From positions 76,395-140,394 of IMG/VR virus record IMGVR_UViG_3300036715_000153: a stretch of 64,000 nucleotides of DNA. One strand, 5' to 3'. This document shows positions 12,501-22,271 of the stretch, piece by piece. Positions within the stretch are counted from its first letter, which is position 1, and each line of letters begins with the position of its first letter. Origin of the DNA: a virus. The translations under genes and the position numbers were made by a program. The notes under the pieces are model-generated. The model was not told the origin of the DNA and did no database searches. It saw only the letters and a program-made list of their open reading frames with translations.

Positions 12501-13028
12501 TGATATCAGTTCTGTGCCATCAGCTTCATTGGTATTTTGAATAGTACCGCATGCAACCAACGCAATTGGGTCACCGAGCGAGTCGTAGTTCTGTATGTAC
12601 AGGGTCTGACCAATCGTGCCGCGCAACTTGGGTGTTGCCTCATTGGACTGTGCCGTAGTTCTTACGTAAATTGTATTTGGTGTAGACCCGACCTTATTAG
12701 TTGCACATATAACCTCTATACGCGAACCACTCAGGCTACCACAGTACAGTGTCTTACCAACCAACTCTTGTACCGAAGCAATATCGATTAATGCGTCGGC
12801 TAGTTCGATATAACCAAGAACGGCTAACGAATAATTACCAGGGATAACAACAGACCCGTGTTTAAATATATGGTCACCGAGTCTTGATATTTGACTCTGC
12901 ACCAAAGATTGAGTTTGATTCAGTTCCCTAGTTTGTACAGAAAACCCAGGGCGATACAATACCTTGTAGAACTCCTTCGTTTCATCGAAGTCGTCATAGT
13001 ACGGGGACTGATTAAAATTTAATGCCAT
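9585..13028 (-). CDS. Large virion structural protein, DUF4815/VrlC-like (N-terminal part)
   Basis: FNQSPYYDDFD..K.FYKVLYRPG.SVQ.RELNQ.QS, APGAHRYK, RYTMADI.KLEKRI, RFKSGFFADSF. Confidence 0.85.
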   Translation of the reverse strand: MALNFNQSPYYDDFDETKEFYKVLYRPGFSVQTRELNQTQSLVQSQISRLGDHIFKHGSVVIPGNYSLAVLGYIELADALIDIASVQELVGKTLYCGSLSGSRIEVICATNKVGSTPNTIYVRTTAQSNEATPKLRGTIGQTLYIQNYDSLGDPIALVACGTIQNTNEADGTELISWVASISDGIYYANNYFVKVFSHSVPIAKDPSTTNIRVGLNIVETIVTDSDDATLLDPALGTSNELAPGAHRYKMSLSLTGYSLSAIPTNDFIELTRIIDGVQIEVEQTSTYNEVLKTIARRSYDTNGNFIVKPVSFKVRPWLRLETNNGIYTQDNVLIQFPDQTKVTESIDYAKTCVGVELDANKAYVNGFECPIGNNTNVRLNRARSIKYSVGNSLFNVGNYFYVASMYGSPQVDVGTLIELRDAPVTVVGTPAGNIIGYARVRNIAFHSGTSPNTLADAIFKLFVYDINLNSGKTQGDIGSFNVSASSTQCCGKVLQSYYMINNTGNFTTSEIVTGSIGSTSSVVVFKWDSANKRLFAYKNSTNGPLTDGDSVVGGTSLVRSIVSLRTIVNKNESASLLVKMPSNWVNTIKNSSNVSTTSYTILKKIVINLDSNGDGSNAGTSGEILAPISSTSYFGYVSAGAQIGTILDCASVLSGAGTISLAVNTSLAAGHTVTIFAPYIKTANVGTKLLTTAADLNVAVPGARIPLGVQDVYDISHIYDSQATGTAATTSDPDIKSSYRLVQNQNSLEYGGSYLEFIPGKKKARGQVKIQYRYFTRTGEIYTVDSYANIGGEYQAAIPSFTEGSNKIDVRDTIDSRADTYTDFNFYLGTITGSTTLTLIGDTSDLINVGATTGLVVGPGIPWGTYITAKNGTTLTLSGACTNASSIIVAIGIRVASGAATSSIAKNQIQTNTLLTYDYSYFLPRYDSLYITDESIVRVVEGQPADIPTLPEDVSDASNMKIADVFLPAFTADAELDKVIITPQEHKRYTMADITKLEKRIANVEVAVTQNMLEASVKDTQIVDANTGLNRFKSGFFADSFTTTDSADLGNNEYRATLDIDAGEVRPIFNHKSVGMSVNTYSPLVQWGDSYFIPYTEVVAVDQGLASRPVNVNGNSVFIWAGSMEISPTRDSEVDTITLPLVTTLRN

Positions 13029-13114
13029 CGGATATTCCTGTTATCGGTTAATGTAGAATTTAGTTATTATTATTCCGTATTTGAGTCAACTAAGTAGTTG
13101 TTTCTGATATTATA

Positions 13115-14407
13115 TCAGAAAGATAAAATTATGGAAATCGACTCGCGCTGATCTAACGAACGGTTAACTAAACGTCTGTAGTCTTTGTAGAACAGAATTC
13201 CACTGTTAGGCTTAATCTGGGAATTTGTCTTTGCAATAGTACCACCAGCAAATGCAGCAGATGTACCACCCGTAACAGTGTTAGATGTATCGAATGTTCC
13301 CAGTACATTATTGAGTCGTAGTGTCTTTGTACTTGCATTCCAATCTATAACAGTTCCCGACGCCCCTGTTACTGCCTGCGTTACCGTTTCATCACCCACA
13401 AAGGCCCCAGAAGCTGTAGTGAATACTAGGTGCGTGGATGCATCCAATGTAGTAGCAGTGGCAACGGTGTTGGTTCCGTATAACAATGGATTTTTAATAA
13501 TAACAATCTTACGATAGTCGTTATCTACTGAGAACACACCACCTTCGTCCAAGTTAAGTACAGTGTTTAGCATGGAATAAGAGGCAAATAATTCGTTCTC
13601 TATATCTTTACCGTGACCGCCGAATGGACTAATAATTGCTCTAGCGGCTGCTGCACCAGATCCAAATGCAACTGTAGCATACGTATAACCAGATCCGATA
13701 GAGTTAACCACGATATGATCGATTGGCTGATTGCCGCTGCCTACTACCAATACTGCCGTAGCTGTACAGCCTGTACCGTCGCCGGTCACTGTAACTGACG
13801 GAGGAGTTGCATACGAACCAGCTGTAGTAACCTTAATGGTGTGAATCGCACCATCGACCGCTGCCTGTTGTGTAGCCCATTGATTGGAACCATCCGACAC
13901 AGTCAGCGTCTGAACTGGTATCCAATTCTGACTAGGGAATGAATTCAACTTAGAGGCTGTAATAGTGGTCATGTATTTCCATACATATCCATCAGATGTA
14001 CTAAAGGTAGATGTAGAATATCCAGTCGGTTGACTTGTAGATAAGGCACCCTTGTTATTGTCTATACACTTATACACGTCATATGAGCTGTTAGTGACAT
14101 AGAACGTCTTGGTGTTTAGTGTATTATCTGCATCGTCGTACATATCATACACAGTGTTGACTGCCCATGTATGGATTGGGACAGATGCTGTAACACCGGC
14201 AGCAGTAATTCTCTTTAATGATAACAAATCTCTGTAGTCTGTTACCAGTTGACCAAATGAATCCGACGGTGTATCTGGAGATGACTCGGTAGTCCATGGA
14301 GTTTGTTTACCAATACCGAGATAATATGTATCTGCCCCAGAAGCAATAGCTGCTCTTAGTTGTTGTGATTGGATAATTCTGTATGAGTTTGTGATATATG
14401 CAGTCAA
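13115..14407 (-). CDS. gp8: Baseplate wedge subunit
   Basis: YLGIGK..PW, FYV.NS.Y.VYKC..N, TSDGYVWKYM, SPFGGHG, R...Q.E.I.IILSF. Confidence 0.9.
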   Translation of the reverse strand: MTAYITNSYRIIQSQQLRAAIASGADTYYLGIGKQTPWTTESSPDTPSDSFGQLVTDYRDLLSLKRITAAGVTASVPIHTWAVNTVYDMYDDADNTLNTKTFYVTNSSYDVYKCIDNNKGALSTSQPTGYSTSTFSTSDGYVWKYMTTITASKLNSFPSQNWIPVQTLTVSDGSNQWATQQAAVDGAIHTIKVTTAGSYATPPSVTVTGDGTGCTATAVLVVGSGNQPIDHIVVNSIGSGYTYATVAFGSGAAAARAIISPFGGHGKDIENELFASYSMLNTVLNLDEGGVFSVDNDYRKIVIIKNPLLYGTNTVATATTLDASTHLVFTTASGAFVGDETVTQAVTGASGTVIDWNASTKTLRLNNVLGTFDTSNTVTGGTSAAFAGGTIAKTNSQIKPNSGILFYKDYRRLVNRSLDQRESISIILSF

Positions 14408-14449
14408 TGTAGTATGCCCCTATTGTAATTTCTATAATTTAGTTTATGG

Positions 14450-16141
14450 TTAGAATCTAGGATATATGACGTTCAATGACCCGTCCAGTCTATAGTGTTC
14501 GGCGTCTGGTAGATAATGTATTCTCGAACTTCTTAGCGGTTCGCTATTGACGGACACGTCCGAACTCCATGACCGGATTGTATCTGACGCAAAGTCCTTT
14601 ATGGACCTAGTATAAAAATTGAATTTCCAATCTTCTACCTTATATCTAGGCACATTGAAAGGTATATCTGGGGACTTCTCTATCATGATTATCGAATCCC
14701 TGCCACCCACTACAGGAATGTCGATACTAGATGTAGCCGATATCAAGAAGTTCAATATGCCTCGATATAGATACCCACCGCGTTCATCCAACTCGTTGAT
14801 CGTTCCAATATTAATACCGATGGACGCCAATTCCTCTATGGCTAGTTCACCGAATAAAGCCATACCAGCAGGATGTAGAATATCCTTTAAATACGACTTA
14901 TAATTACTTAGAGCATGACCGGACCTAATGACATACGAATATGGCATGTACTCTCTGTCGTTTTGTAGTATCGCCGTTTTGTCAGAAGTCATGCCATTCG
15001 TGGATAAAAACCTTCCACTATATAAACACAGTGTACCTATAGACCCAGTACCTATTGCTATCTCATCACCGACATAAGTAGGCAACGATTGTGTAAACTG
15101 TACAATCGGGGTAATTGTGTTATAGTCAGACCCGAATGACTTTATGTCCACTGTCTTGATCTTACCTATATTTGTTCCATTAGCGATCAGTACAGCTCCA
15201 GACCCACCACCTGTTTGAGAAGCACATGATAGGGTTGGTCGTTCTTTAAACAAAGATTGCGACCTGAATATTTGTACCGATGCTATTTGGCCTTGTAAAG
15301 AAACCCCCGGTACATACGATGTGATATCTGTTACCCTTGCCTCAAAAGCAGATGGAGGCACAGTTGTGATCATGTCTCCTACAGCGTAGAATGATCCTGG
15401 ATCGAGAATGGTGATCGAGTCTATCTTTCCAGACTCAACCTCTTCTACCTCCACAGCTAACCCTACACCGTCACCGCCAGATACTAGACCAGAATCTCCT
15501 TTTCTATAATATTGTCCAGTGGTAGACATTGTAACAGAAGTGATAGCAGACAAGACAGTCGACGTATAACCATTGACTAATACTGTTTCCCCATATAGAA
15601 AAGTCCCAGTTATCCCACTGATAAATATTTCATATATCAAGTGAAGACCACTGTAATAACTAACAACCGATTCAATTCGGGCAATTGCGCCAGATGCATT
15701 CGTAACCGAATACCCAGCAGAATTCACAATAAGTGGATTGTCACATGTTACCTTGATACTTGTCCGCTTTAACCAACTACTATCGGACGAGTTGAACAAT
15801 TGATTCGACGGATAAGATATCGAAGCCGACTCACCATAGACTGTTCTGAATAACAGCTTAACCGATTCCTCTGTACCCTTTGAGCCATAGAACTCGCGAG
15901 CGTGCTTAATGAATGACCGTTTATCTGCGACTATCTCAGGAGGCAATACAAACAGGTATTGGTTGACAAAGTTTGTTAGGAAGTTTTCTGTAGTTTGATC
16001 TACATCGAGTGTAGTTTTTAATTCTTGATGATTATTCGACAACCACTCATAGTATGCACTAAGGAAGTCTACAAATCCTGGAGCATCTTCCTTTATGAAT
16101 TGTGGTATTCTTGCTAATGATGACTGACCAAGATAACTCAT
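14450..16141 (-). CDS. Baseplate wedge protein (gp7-like)
   Basis: FV.FL.AYYEWL, K.AREFY.SKGT..S..LLFR, YSYVI, LHPAGM.LFG. Confidence 0.75.
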   Translation of the reverse strand: MSYLGQSSLARIPQFIKEDAPGFVDFLSAYYEWLSNNHQELKTTLDVDQTTENFLTNFVNQYLFVLPPEIVADKRSFIKHAREFYGSKGTEESVKLLFRTVYGESASISYPSNQLFNSSDSSWLKRTSIKVTCDNPLIVNSAGYSVTNASGAIARIESVVSYYSGLHLIYEIFISGITGTFLYGETVLVNGYTSTVLSAITSVTMSTTGQYYRKGDSGLVSGGDGVGLAVEVEEVESGKIDSITILDPGSFYAVGDMITTVPPSAFEARVTDITSYVPGVSLQGQIASVQIFRSQSLFKERPTLSCASQTGGGSGAVLIANGTNIGKIKTVDIKSFGSDYNTITPIVQFTQSLPTYVGDEIAIGTGSIGTLCLYSGRFLSTNGMTSDKTAILQNDREYMPYSYVIRSGHALSNYKSYLKDILHPAGMALFGELAIEELASIGINIGTINELDERGGYLYRGILNFLISATSSIDIPVVGGRDSIIMIEKSPDIPFNVPRYKVEDWKFNFYTRSIKDFASDTIRSWSSDVSVNSEPLRSSRIHYLPDAEHYRLDGSLNVIYPRF

Positions 16142-16145
16142 TATG

Positions 16146-17912
16146 TTATACCGATGCTAATATTGAAACAGTGGTCTTGTTGATATCAATACTCAACACT
16201 TGATTAAACACAGAGATAACCTCACTATGTTTTGGTGTTGCTGTTATAGCGAATTGAGTTTCACCTAAAATCATGGTTGGCTTAAAGTTTGATAAAATAA
16301 CCTCCCCAGTGATATAATCCACTGTGCCATAAACCTCTGACGTATAGAATACAGTTTGGTCAGACTTAATATAGTATCCATACAACTTACCATCGACGTC
16401 TGTCAGTCTAAACTGTTGATCAGCCGAGTATGAAGGGATAATGATATTTGTTGATTGTATGCTTCTAGGTTGTATTTCTGTTCTAAACTTATATTTATAG
16501 GTCGATGCAGCAGCGGTAACAGGCAACGATATCTTCATGGATATCTGTAATACTGTACCGGTGAATGAAGGATCGACTTTATCAATCAATGCAGTTAGCG
16601 TAGACAGTTGGAAGTTACCACCAAAACTCTTTAAGTAAGTATCGTTGTAATATGATATTTTAGTCAACACTTGACTATGTAAAGTCTCTGGTGTGGATAC
16701 AGTTAAATGTCTATTTGACCGAACATAGCCATCTAAAGTTATAGTGATAATCTCAGGATCAATTATGACCGGCTTAATGGACATTACGCTACGTTGCTTA
16801 ATAACCTGCTCCAACACCTTTTTAGATTCGGTGGACAGAGGTCTCAAATCTTCAGGCAGAACAGAGCAAAATACCTTACCAACCATAGGAGGGTCATTAT
16901 CCTCACCGCCCCAAACCTGAACAGACTTCAAATGCGGGTAGTCTTGAATAATATGAGTCGAATAGTCGTGTGGTGTCACTGATCTATATTGTGCAGCGTA
17001 TGACTTCTTTGCATTGTCCCTGACCCTCTCAATAGATTCCTCTGTAGCACCACCGTTGGATGTCTCTGTGCAGACCGCAGTAGATGTTACGTTAGGATAC
17101 AATGAACTGTTTACCGTAAACACAGATATACCGTTACCCAAATCTCTGTTACCCACAAGATAACTCACTGAGATGATATTACCAGGGATCAAGGCTTTAC
17201 TAATAAACCCGTCACCAAAGTACAATTCATATTCACCACTACCATTCATTTGCGTGTAATACACAGGAGATGACTGGTTTAAACCTACTATGGATTCAGA
17301 TTTAAAGAACTCTTCTGTGAAGTTGATAGTGGATGATGTTTGTACGGTGACTATCAGACTAGACATATCAACGCCCAGGTTAGGTATCCTGAATATCTTA
17401 GTCGTTGCGTCTACAGTATATTGGACATTGTATAATCTACCTTCTGATATTGATAACCCACTATATGTATATACGGTTGGGTCGATTGTCTGTAAAGCAT
17501 TTACATCAGAGAGGCTAACGAACTCATATGTATTTCCGTCTACGCCCTTACCACTAAACTTTGTACCACGGGACATCAATATACCTGGTGGTGTATTAAA
17601 CACGCCACTGATCGTGACATCAATAATTGCCCTTGCAGACTTAGCAGACTGTGGAGTGTAACCTAATTCTTTAGCCTTAGACACGATAGATGATTTCAAC
17701 AATGCTGAGTCTAAGAATGACTCACTCAAACCCATGTGTTGATAGAACAAATATAGTTGGCTGTTCGCTGCAAGCAAATCTAATAAAACGTTAACGTTGC
17801 TACCTTCAAAGTTAATATCTTGGAAAGCATCTTGCGCAGACATATATGCCTTAAGAGAACTCTTAAGACTATCGAAGTCGATGTTTGATAAATTTAAAGC
17901 TGTGCGCGTCAT
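16146..17912 (-). CDS. gp6: Baseplate wedge subunit
   Basis: DFD.LK.SL, DINFEGS...LLD.LA, ESFLDSA, LGYTP.S, FGDG, Q.RSVT..DY, WGGEDN.PP..GKV. Confidence 0.95.
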   Translation of the reverse strand: MTRTALNLSNIDFDSLKSSLKAYMSAQDAFQDINFEGSNVNVLLDLLAANSQLYLFYQHMGLSESFLDSALLKSSIVSKAKELGYTPQSAKSARAIIDVTISGVFNTPPGILMSRGTKFSGKGVDGNTYEFVSLSDVNALQTIDPTVYTYSGLSISEGRLYNVQYTVDATTKIFRIPNLGVDMSSLIVTVQTSSTINFTEEFFKSESIVGLNQSSPVYYTQMNGSGEYELYFGDGFISKALIPGNIISVSYLVGNRDLGNGISVFTVNSSLYPNVTSTAVCTETSNGGATEESIERVRDNAKKSYAAQYRSVTPHDYSTHIIQDYPHLKSVQVWGGEDNDPPMVGKVFCSVLPEDLRPLSTESKKVLEQVIKQRSVMSIKPVIIDPEIITITLDGYVRSNRHLTVSTPETLHSQVLTKISYYNDTYLKSFGGNFQLSTLTALIDKVDPSFTGTVLQISMKISLPVTAAASTYKYKFRTEIQPRSIQSTNIIIPSYSADQQFRLTDVDGKLYGYYIKSDQTVFYTSEVYGTVDYITGEVILSNFKPTMILGETQFAITATPKHSEVISVFNQVLSIDINKTTVSILASV

Positions 17913-17947
17913 ATCTATTAATACCTAATTATATTGTGTTAATTTAG

Positions 17948-18358
17948 TTATCTAGAACGTTCTATTGCTATTTCCAGTCTAACTGGATTTGACGTGTTTA
18001 TGATAGTAAACACAATATTAACCAAGGCTTCGTAATCATCATTATTAATACTTACGTCAATACTGTTAATGATTACCCTAGGTTCATATATAGATATGAT
18101 ATCGGATAAGTTTCGTTTTAGGATAGCACCGGTCAAAATATCTACATTTTCAAATAACAGTCGTCTGACGTTAGATGCGATATCTGGATGAAATGGTTTA
18201 TCACCGGTATTGAATTGAATTAGATTTCTAAGAGACTGTTTGACAGCATTTTCATCAGTCTTGAGTACTAAGTCTCCTTTACCAGAAGCAAGCACTTGTC
18301 CTGGATGAGGTTTCATAGAAATATCTAAATCAGAGTATTTATTAGCACGAGTAGTCAT
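17948..18358 (-). CDS. gp25: Baseplate wedge subunit
   Basis: YSDLD, AVKQSLRNL...G.KPF.P, YEPRV. Confidence 0.92.
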   Translation of the reverse strand: MTTRANKYSDLDISMKPHPGQVLASGKGDLVLKTDENAVKQSLRNLIQFNTGDKPFHPDIASNVRRLLFENVDILTGAILKRNLSDIISIYEPRVIINSIDVSINNDDYEALVNIVFTIINTSNPVRLEIAIERSR

Positions 18359-18468
18359 ACTAATAATTTAGTTGGCATAGATACATAGCATTGGGCGGCA
18401 GCCGTATGTACTTACCTATCTATAGATTATTACACCTTTTTTTTCGCTTGTCAACCTATTTATTTCAA

Positions 18469-18933
18469 TTATAATTTTAACATACACAATTCTTTGAACA
18501 GTTCAGGGGTTTTATTAAACCAACTCCGCATTATCTTAGCTCTAATGTTACCGTTGTAGCAGTTTTCATTAAACAGTGCTCCTGTAACGAACAAGATATG
18601 TTCTTCACTATAAGACAGAGATGCCTTAGTGCTACAGAACATAAGTATCTCACGCTTAAACATATCCTTGCCAAGACGTTCTATCTCAGATTGCAAATAA
18701 GGTGAGGACGACCAATATTCTTCCCAATCCGAAGTTTTCCTTAGTTTCTTCTTTTTACCATTAACCATCTTAGTTGCGGCTTTGGTCAACATCTTCTTAC
18801 CATAGTAGAACTTACCATTATCGACGTTCGTTATCTTATAGACAAACCCTAGAGCACCTTCAGGTATATCATCTTGTGTTATTATTTTATCTTCGAACAT
18901 CCAGTTTGACATTTTACACTCGACCCTGTACAA
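18469..18933 (-). CDS. GIY-YIG family endonuclease
   Basis: GFVYKITN..NGK.YYGKK, SDW..YWSSS, F.REIL, YN.NI. True start may be MSNW near 18912. Confidence 0.8.
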   Translation of the reverse strand: MYRVECKMSNWMFEDKIITQDDIPEGALGFVYKITNVDNGKFYYGKKMLTKAATKMVNGKKKKLRKTSDWEEYWSSSPYLQSEIERLGKDMFKREILMFCSTKASLSYSEEHILFVTGALFNENCYNGNIRAKIMRSWFNKTPELFKELCMLKL

Positions 18934-18966
18934 TTAACTAAATCAACATCCAGAACACATATTTAA

Positions 18967-18997
18967 ACAGGTGCATAAAACGTAACATGCAGTTGAC
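18967..18997 (+). mobile_element. Collapsed 31-bp scar of the IS200/IS605 element (left end fused to right end)
   Basis: GGTGCATAAAACGTAACA (identical to 1552-1569) joined through T to GCAGTTGAC (identical to 3080-3088). Confidence 0.75.
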
Positions 18998-19029
18998 GTG
19001 ATGTAACTATTAACAGAGAAGAGTAAACC

Positions 19030-19335
19030 ATGAAAGAAAAATTGATTTCAGTATTAAAAGAAGTTCGTTCACTACATAGGGAAGCGAATAATTATTTGGA
19101 CAAAGTACCGAATGATCTTCAGATGTACATCATGGATAATACGTATTCTAATGCAATTAGTATAATCAATGATCGTCTACTCCACGCATTGTTTGGTAAT
19201 ATGTATGAAGATGTATCTTGGTTTTTGTTTGAATTTAAACCAAAAGACACCCCTCAAATTTGGCTGGCAGACAATACTCCCATCACCTTAACTTGTGATG
19301 AAGACTACTATCAATATCTTAGGGACCACGGATGA
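19030..19335 (+). CDS. Hypothetical protein
   Basis: ATG with purine-rich leader; first gene of the + strand block. Confidence 0.7.
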   Translation: MKEKLISVLKEVRSLHREANNYLDKVPNDLQMYIMDNTYSNAISIINDRLLHALFGNMYEDVSWFLFEFKPKDTPQIWLADNTPITLTCDEDYYQYLRDHG

Positions 19336-19511
19336 TCAGACCTACCGCAACAGTATCAAAAGAACTAAACCAAGATACATATTTGACTGAGTTTAGAATT
19401 TCATGTATTATCAATGAAGATAGCTTGATTGCAGAATCATACGTAAAGACACAGGATGAAATTGCTCTTGAGTTGGGGCATCTAATATTAAAGGCAACGG
19501 GGAATGTATGA
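19332..19511 (+). CDS. 59-aa hypothetical protein
   Basis: ATGA overlaps with both neighbours; open frame MIRPTATVSKEL... Confidence 0.6.
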   Translation: MIRPTATVSKELNQDTYLTEFRISCIINEDSLIAESYVKTQDEIALELGHLILKATGNV

Positions 19512-20209
19512 TTAAAATTGAAGGAAGAAATGGGTACAACGTTTTAGACCACGGCATGGTAGCACTCGTTGAAAGTATGGGTAGTGATCTGTCAATTGTG
19601 CGAAATGCACGAGTGTCCTATGATGCCGAATGGCGTACAGGTGAAGATGATGGTAAAGATGCAAAACTTATCAATTATCTAGTTAAAAATAATCACACAT
19701 CACCATTGGAAGCTGTGCAGTTTACGTTCGAAGTAAAGGCTCCTATATTTGTGTTCAGACAGTGGCATCGTCATCGCACTTGGTCATTTAATGAGATTAG
19801 CGCAAGATACTCTGAGTTGCCAGCAGAATTTTATATTCCAGATTTGAATCAGATTACGAGCCAACATTCTAGTAACAAGCAGATGCGTACTACCGATCAA
19901 CATGAGCACGCAGAAATTTGGCAGAAGATTATGCGAGATAGCAACGCTGTGTCGTTTAGCCATTATCGCGGTATGATTGCTGATGGTGTTCCTCGTGAGC
20001 TTGCCAGGACAGTGCTACCTGTTGCTACGTACAGTAAAATGTTCGCAACTGTAGACTTATCTAATCTTATGAAATTTGTTTCACTGCGTAGCCATGATCA
20101 TTCACAGTATGAAATTCGTGTGTACTCGGATGCTATGCTTAAAATTGCTAAAGAAGTTTGTCCAATTGCTGTCGCGGCATTCGAAGAAAAGTTTGGGGTC
20201 AAATCATGA
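19508..20209 (+). CDS. thyX: Flavin-dependent thymidylate synthase
   Basis: ARVSY, HTSPLE, RQWHRHRTWSFNEISARY, RELAR.VLP, H.QYEIR. Confidence 0.96.
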   Translation: MIKIEGRNGYNVLDHGMVALVESMGSDLSIVRNARVSYDAEWRTGEDDGKDAKLINYLVKNNHTSPLEAVQFTFEVKAPIFVFRQWHRHRTWSFNEISARYSELPAEFYIPDLNQITSQHSSNKQMRTTDQHEHAEIWQKIMRDSNAVSFSHYRGMIADGVPRELARTVLPVATYSKMFATVDLSNLMKFVSLRSHDHSQYEIRVYSDAMLKIAKEVCPIAVAAFEEKFGVKS

Positions 20210-20421
20210 CATCTTACAAATTAGTCGATGCAACAAAATCGGTAGAAAAAGAAAGCAACGGAGAACAATACCATATCAATTGTTATGATGATTTGAAACC
20301 GTACTACGCTTACATCGTTGGTAAGCACGGACATGACGCAGGACAAAAGATGTTGAAGAACGTGTTCAATGGTGAAAAAGTAATGAGTGAGTTGGTTGAG
20401 CGAACCCAAAGAGGATATTAA
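20206..20421 (+). CDS. Hypothetical protein
   Basis: ATGA overlap with the thyX stop. Confidence 0.6.
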   Translation: MTSYKLVDATKSVEKESNGEQYHINCYDDLKPYYAYIVGKHGHDAGQKMLKNVFNGEKVMSELVERTQRGY

Positions 20422-21081
20422 ATGGTAGCAGTTAAGGATGTTAAAAAAGATATGAACAAAAATCATCTAGAAACAATGTTGAAAATGCAAGACAATTTCA
20501 ACAAGGTAGTAAACCCAGATTGGCGTACTGCCGGTTATCGCTGGGATGATTGTATTATGATGGAAGCAGCCGAGCTATTTGACCACTATGGTTATAAACA
20601 TTGGAAGAAACAAACTCCAGACCTAGATCAATGTAGGATGGAACTCGTTGATATTTGGCATTTTATTATGTCCAGTGTGTTAGAGCATAATAAGAATATT
20701 GAAGATGCAATATATGAAATCAAATTTGCATACGGTTATTGGGTAACACGCGAAAACCATATCACCGACACAAAAGAAAACATTCGCGGCTTGATTAGAA
20801 ATGCGGCTACTGGCAAAATTGATTTCAATGCGTTCTTTGCCCTACTTAATGCGTTTGATATGGATACCGACGATCTGTTCAAGCGGTATCTTGGTAAGAA
20901 TGCTTTAAATGGCTTTAGACAATCAAAAAATTATAAATCTGGTGAATATATCAAAGACTGGAATGGTCGCGAAGACAATGAGGTTCTGACTGAGATCCTT
21001 AATAAGTTGGATGTAAATTCTACAACATTCGTATCTGATGTATATGCTGAACTGGAGAGAGAATATGCAGAGGTATGCTAA
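20422..21081 (+). CDS. dut: Dimeric (all-alpha) dUTPase
   Basis: E.AEL.DH.G.KHWK, ELVDIWHF, Y.GKN.LN.FRQ...Y, K.W.GREDNE. Confidence 0.88.
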   Translation: MVAVKDVKKDMNKNHLETMLKMQDNFNKVVNPDWRTAGYRWDDCIMMEAAELFDHYGYKHWKKQTPDLDQCRMELVDIWHFIMSSVLEHNKNIEDAIYEIKFAYGYWVTRENHITDTKENIRGLIRNAATGKIDFNAFFALLNAFDMDTDDLFKRYLGKNALNGFRQSKNYKSGEYIKDWNGREDNEVLTEILNKLDVNSTTFVSDVYAELEREYAEVC

Positions 21082-21242
21082 TGTCTAAATCATATACAGT
21101 CGAAGTTCAGATCGACGATGTCGGTGAATATTTTATCGAGATACCAGACGACATATTAAATGCACTTGAGCTAGACATTGGTGATACAGTAGAATGGACC
21201 GATATAGGCGGCGGATGTTTCGCGCTAAAAAAGGTCCTATAA
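21081..21242 (+). CDS. AbrB/MazE/SpoVT-like small DNA-binding protein (53 aa)
   Basis: MSKSYTVEVQIDDVGEYFIEIPDDILNALELDIGDTVEW; IP..IL..L....GD.V.W pattern. Confidence 0.7.
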   Translation: MSKSYTVEVQIDDVGEYFIEIPDDILNALELDIGDTVEWTDIGGGCFALKKVL

Positions 21243-21278
21243 ATTCATTCACAAAACATTAATAATTAGAAAAGCGAT

Positions 21279-22271
21279 ATGTCAAAAAAGCCACACGTAC
21301 TTCAAGTCCCACCAAGTGCAGTAGTAGAATATTATAAAGAGCCGGTTGAATTTGCAGACGAGCAACAAAAGGTATTTTGGTTGCCGGATGAAATTAAGGT
21401 CGAGAAGGATGTTCAAGACATCCTGATTAATATGACGCCATCTGAGAAGCATGGTGTGATGACAGTGTTAAAGTTGTTTACTTTATATGAGTTGAAAGCT
21501 GGTTCTGACTATTGGAACGGCAAGTTTGTAAAGATATTCAAGCGTCCAGAGTTTCGTAGAATGGCTGCAGTGTTCTGTTCATTTGAACTGGGAGTACATG
21601 CTCCTTTCTACCGTAAACTTAATAAAGAACTTCACGTAGACAATGACGAGTTTTACCTAGAGTACGCCGATGACCCAATTCTTAAAGAGCGCATGGAGTT
21701 CATCGACGATGTTGTTTCATCTAAAAATGATCTTTACTCGCTCGCAGCATTCTCTATGGTTGAAGGTGCAATTTTATATTCATCATTTGCCTTTCTGAAA
21801 CATTTCCAAAGTCAGGGCAAGAATAAACTTCTAAACGTAGTTCGAGGAATTAACTTCTCGGTACGCGATGAAAACATACATTCGATTGCTGGGGCATGGT
21901 GTTTTAAGACACTCAAAGATCAACTTGAACTAACTGTAGAGGAAGAAGAAAATCTTCGAACCGTAGTGTATGAAACTGCTATGAAGATACACGAACACGA
22001 ATCTCACATTGTCAAGAAGATATTTGAGGTCGGTCTGATCGATGGTATTACTTCAACACAGCTACAACATTTTGTAGACTCTCGCATTAACGTATGCATG
22101 GAACAACTTGGATATAGCAAAGTGTTTGATGTAAAATATAATCCAGTCGGCGAATGGTTTTATCAGGGAATTAATAACTATCAGTTCTTGGATTTCTTCT
22201 CAGGAATGGGATCCAACTATAACCGCAACTGGAACGAAGACGAGTTCGAATTTAAAGAGTACACAAAATGA
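21279..22271 (+). CDS. nrdB: Ribonucleotide reductase class I beta subunit
   Basis: FW.PDE, ELGVH, VEG..LYSSF, RDENIH diiron ligands, DFF. Confidence 0.93.
   Translation: MSKKPHVLQVPPSAVVEYYKEPVEFADEQQKVFWLPDEIKVEKDVQDILINMTPSEKHGVMTVLKLFTLYELKAGSDYWNGKFVKIFKRPEFRRMAAVFCSFELGVHAPFYRKLNKELHVDNDEFYLEYADDPILKERMEFIDDVVSSKNDLYSLAAFSMVEGAILYSSFAFLKHFQSQGKNKLLNVVRGINFSVRDENIHSIAGAWCFKTLKDQLELTVEEEENLRTVVYETAMKIHEHESHIVKKIFEVGLIDGITSTQLQHFVDSRINVCMEQLGYSKVFDVKYNPVGEWFYQGINNYQFLDFFSGMGSNYNRNWNEDEFEFKEYTK

Noticed and set aside
18426-18454. Sigma70 promoter in front of gp25
   Set aside because: TTGACA is present but the -10 box is poor (AATAAT/TAATAA), and the late motif at 18365 explains expression better.
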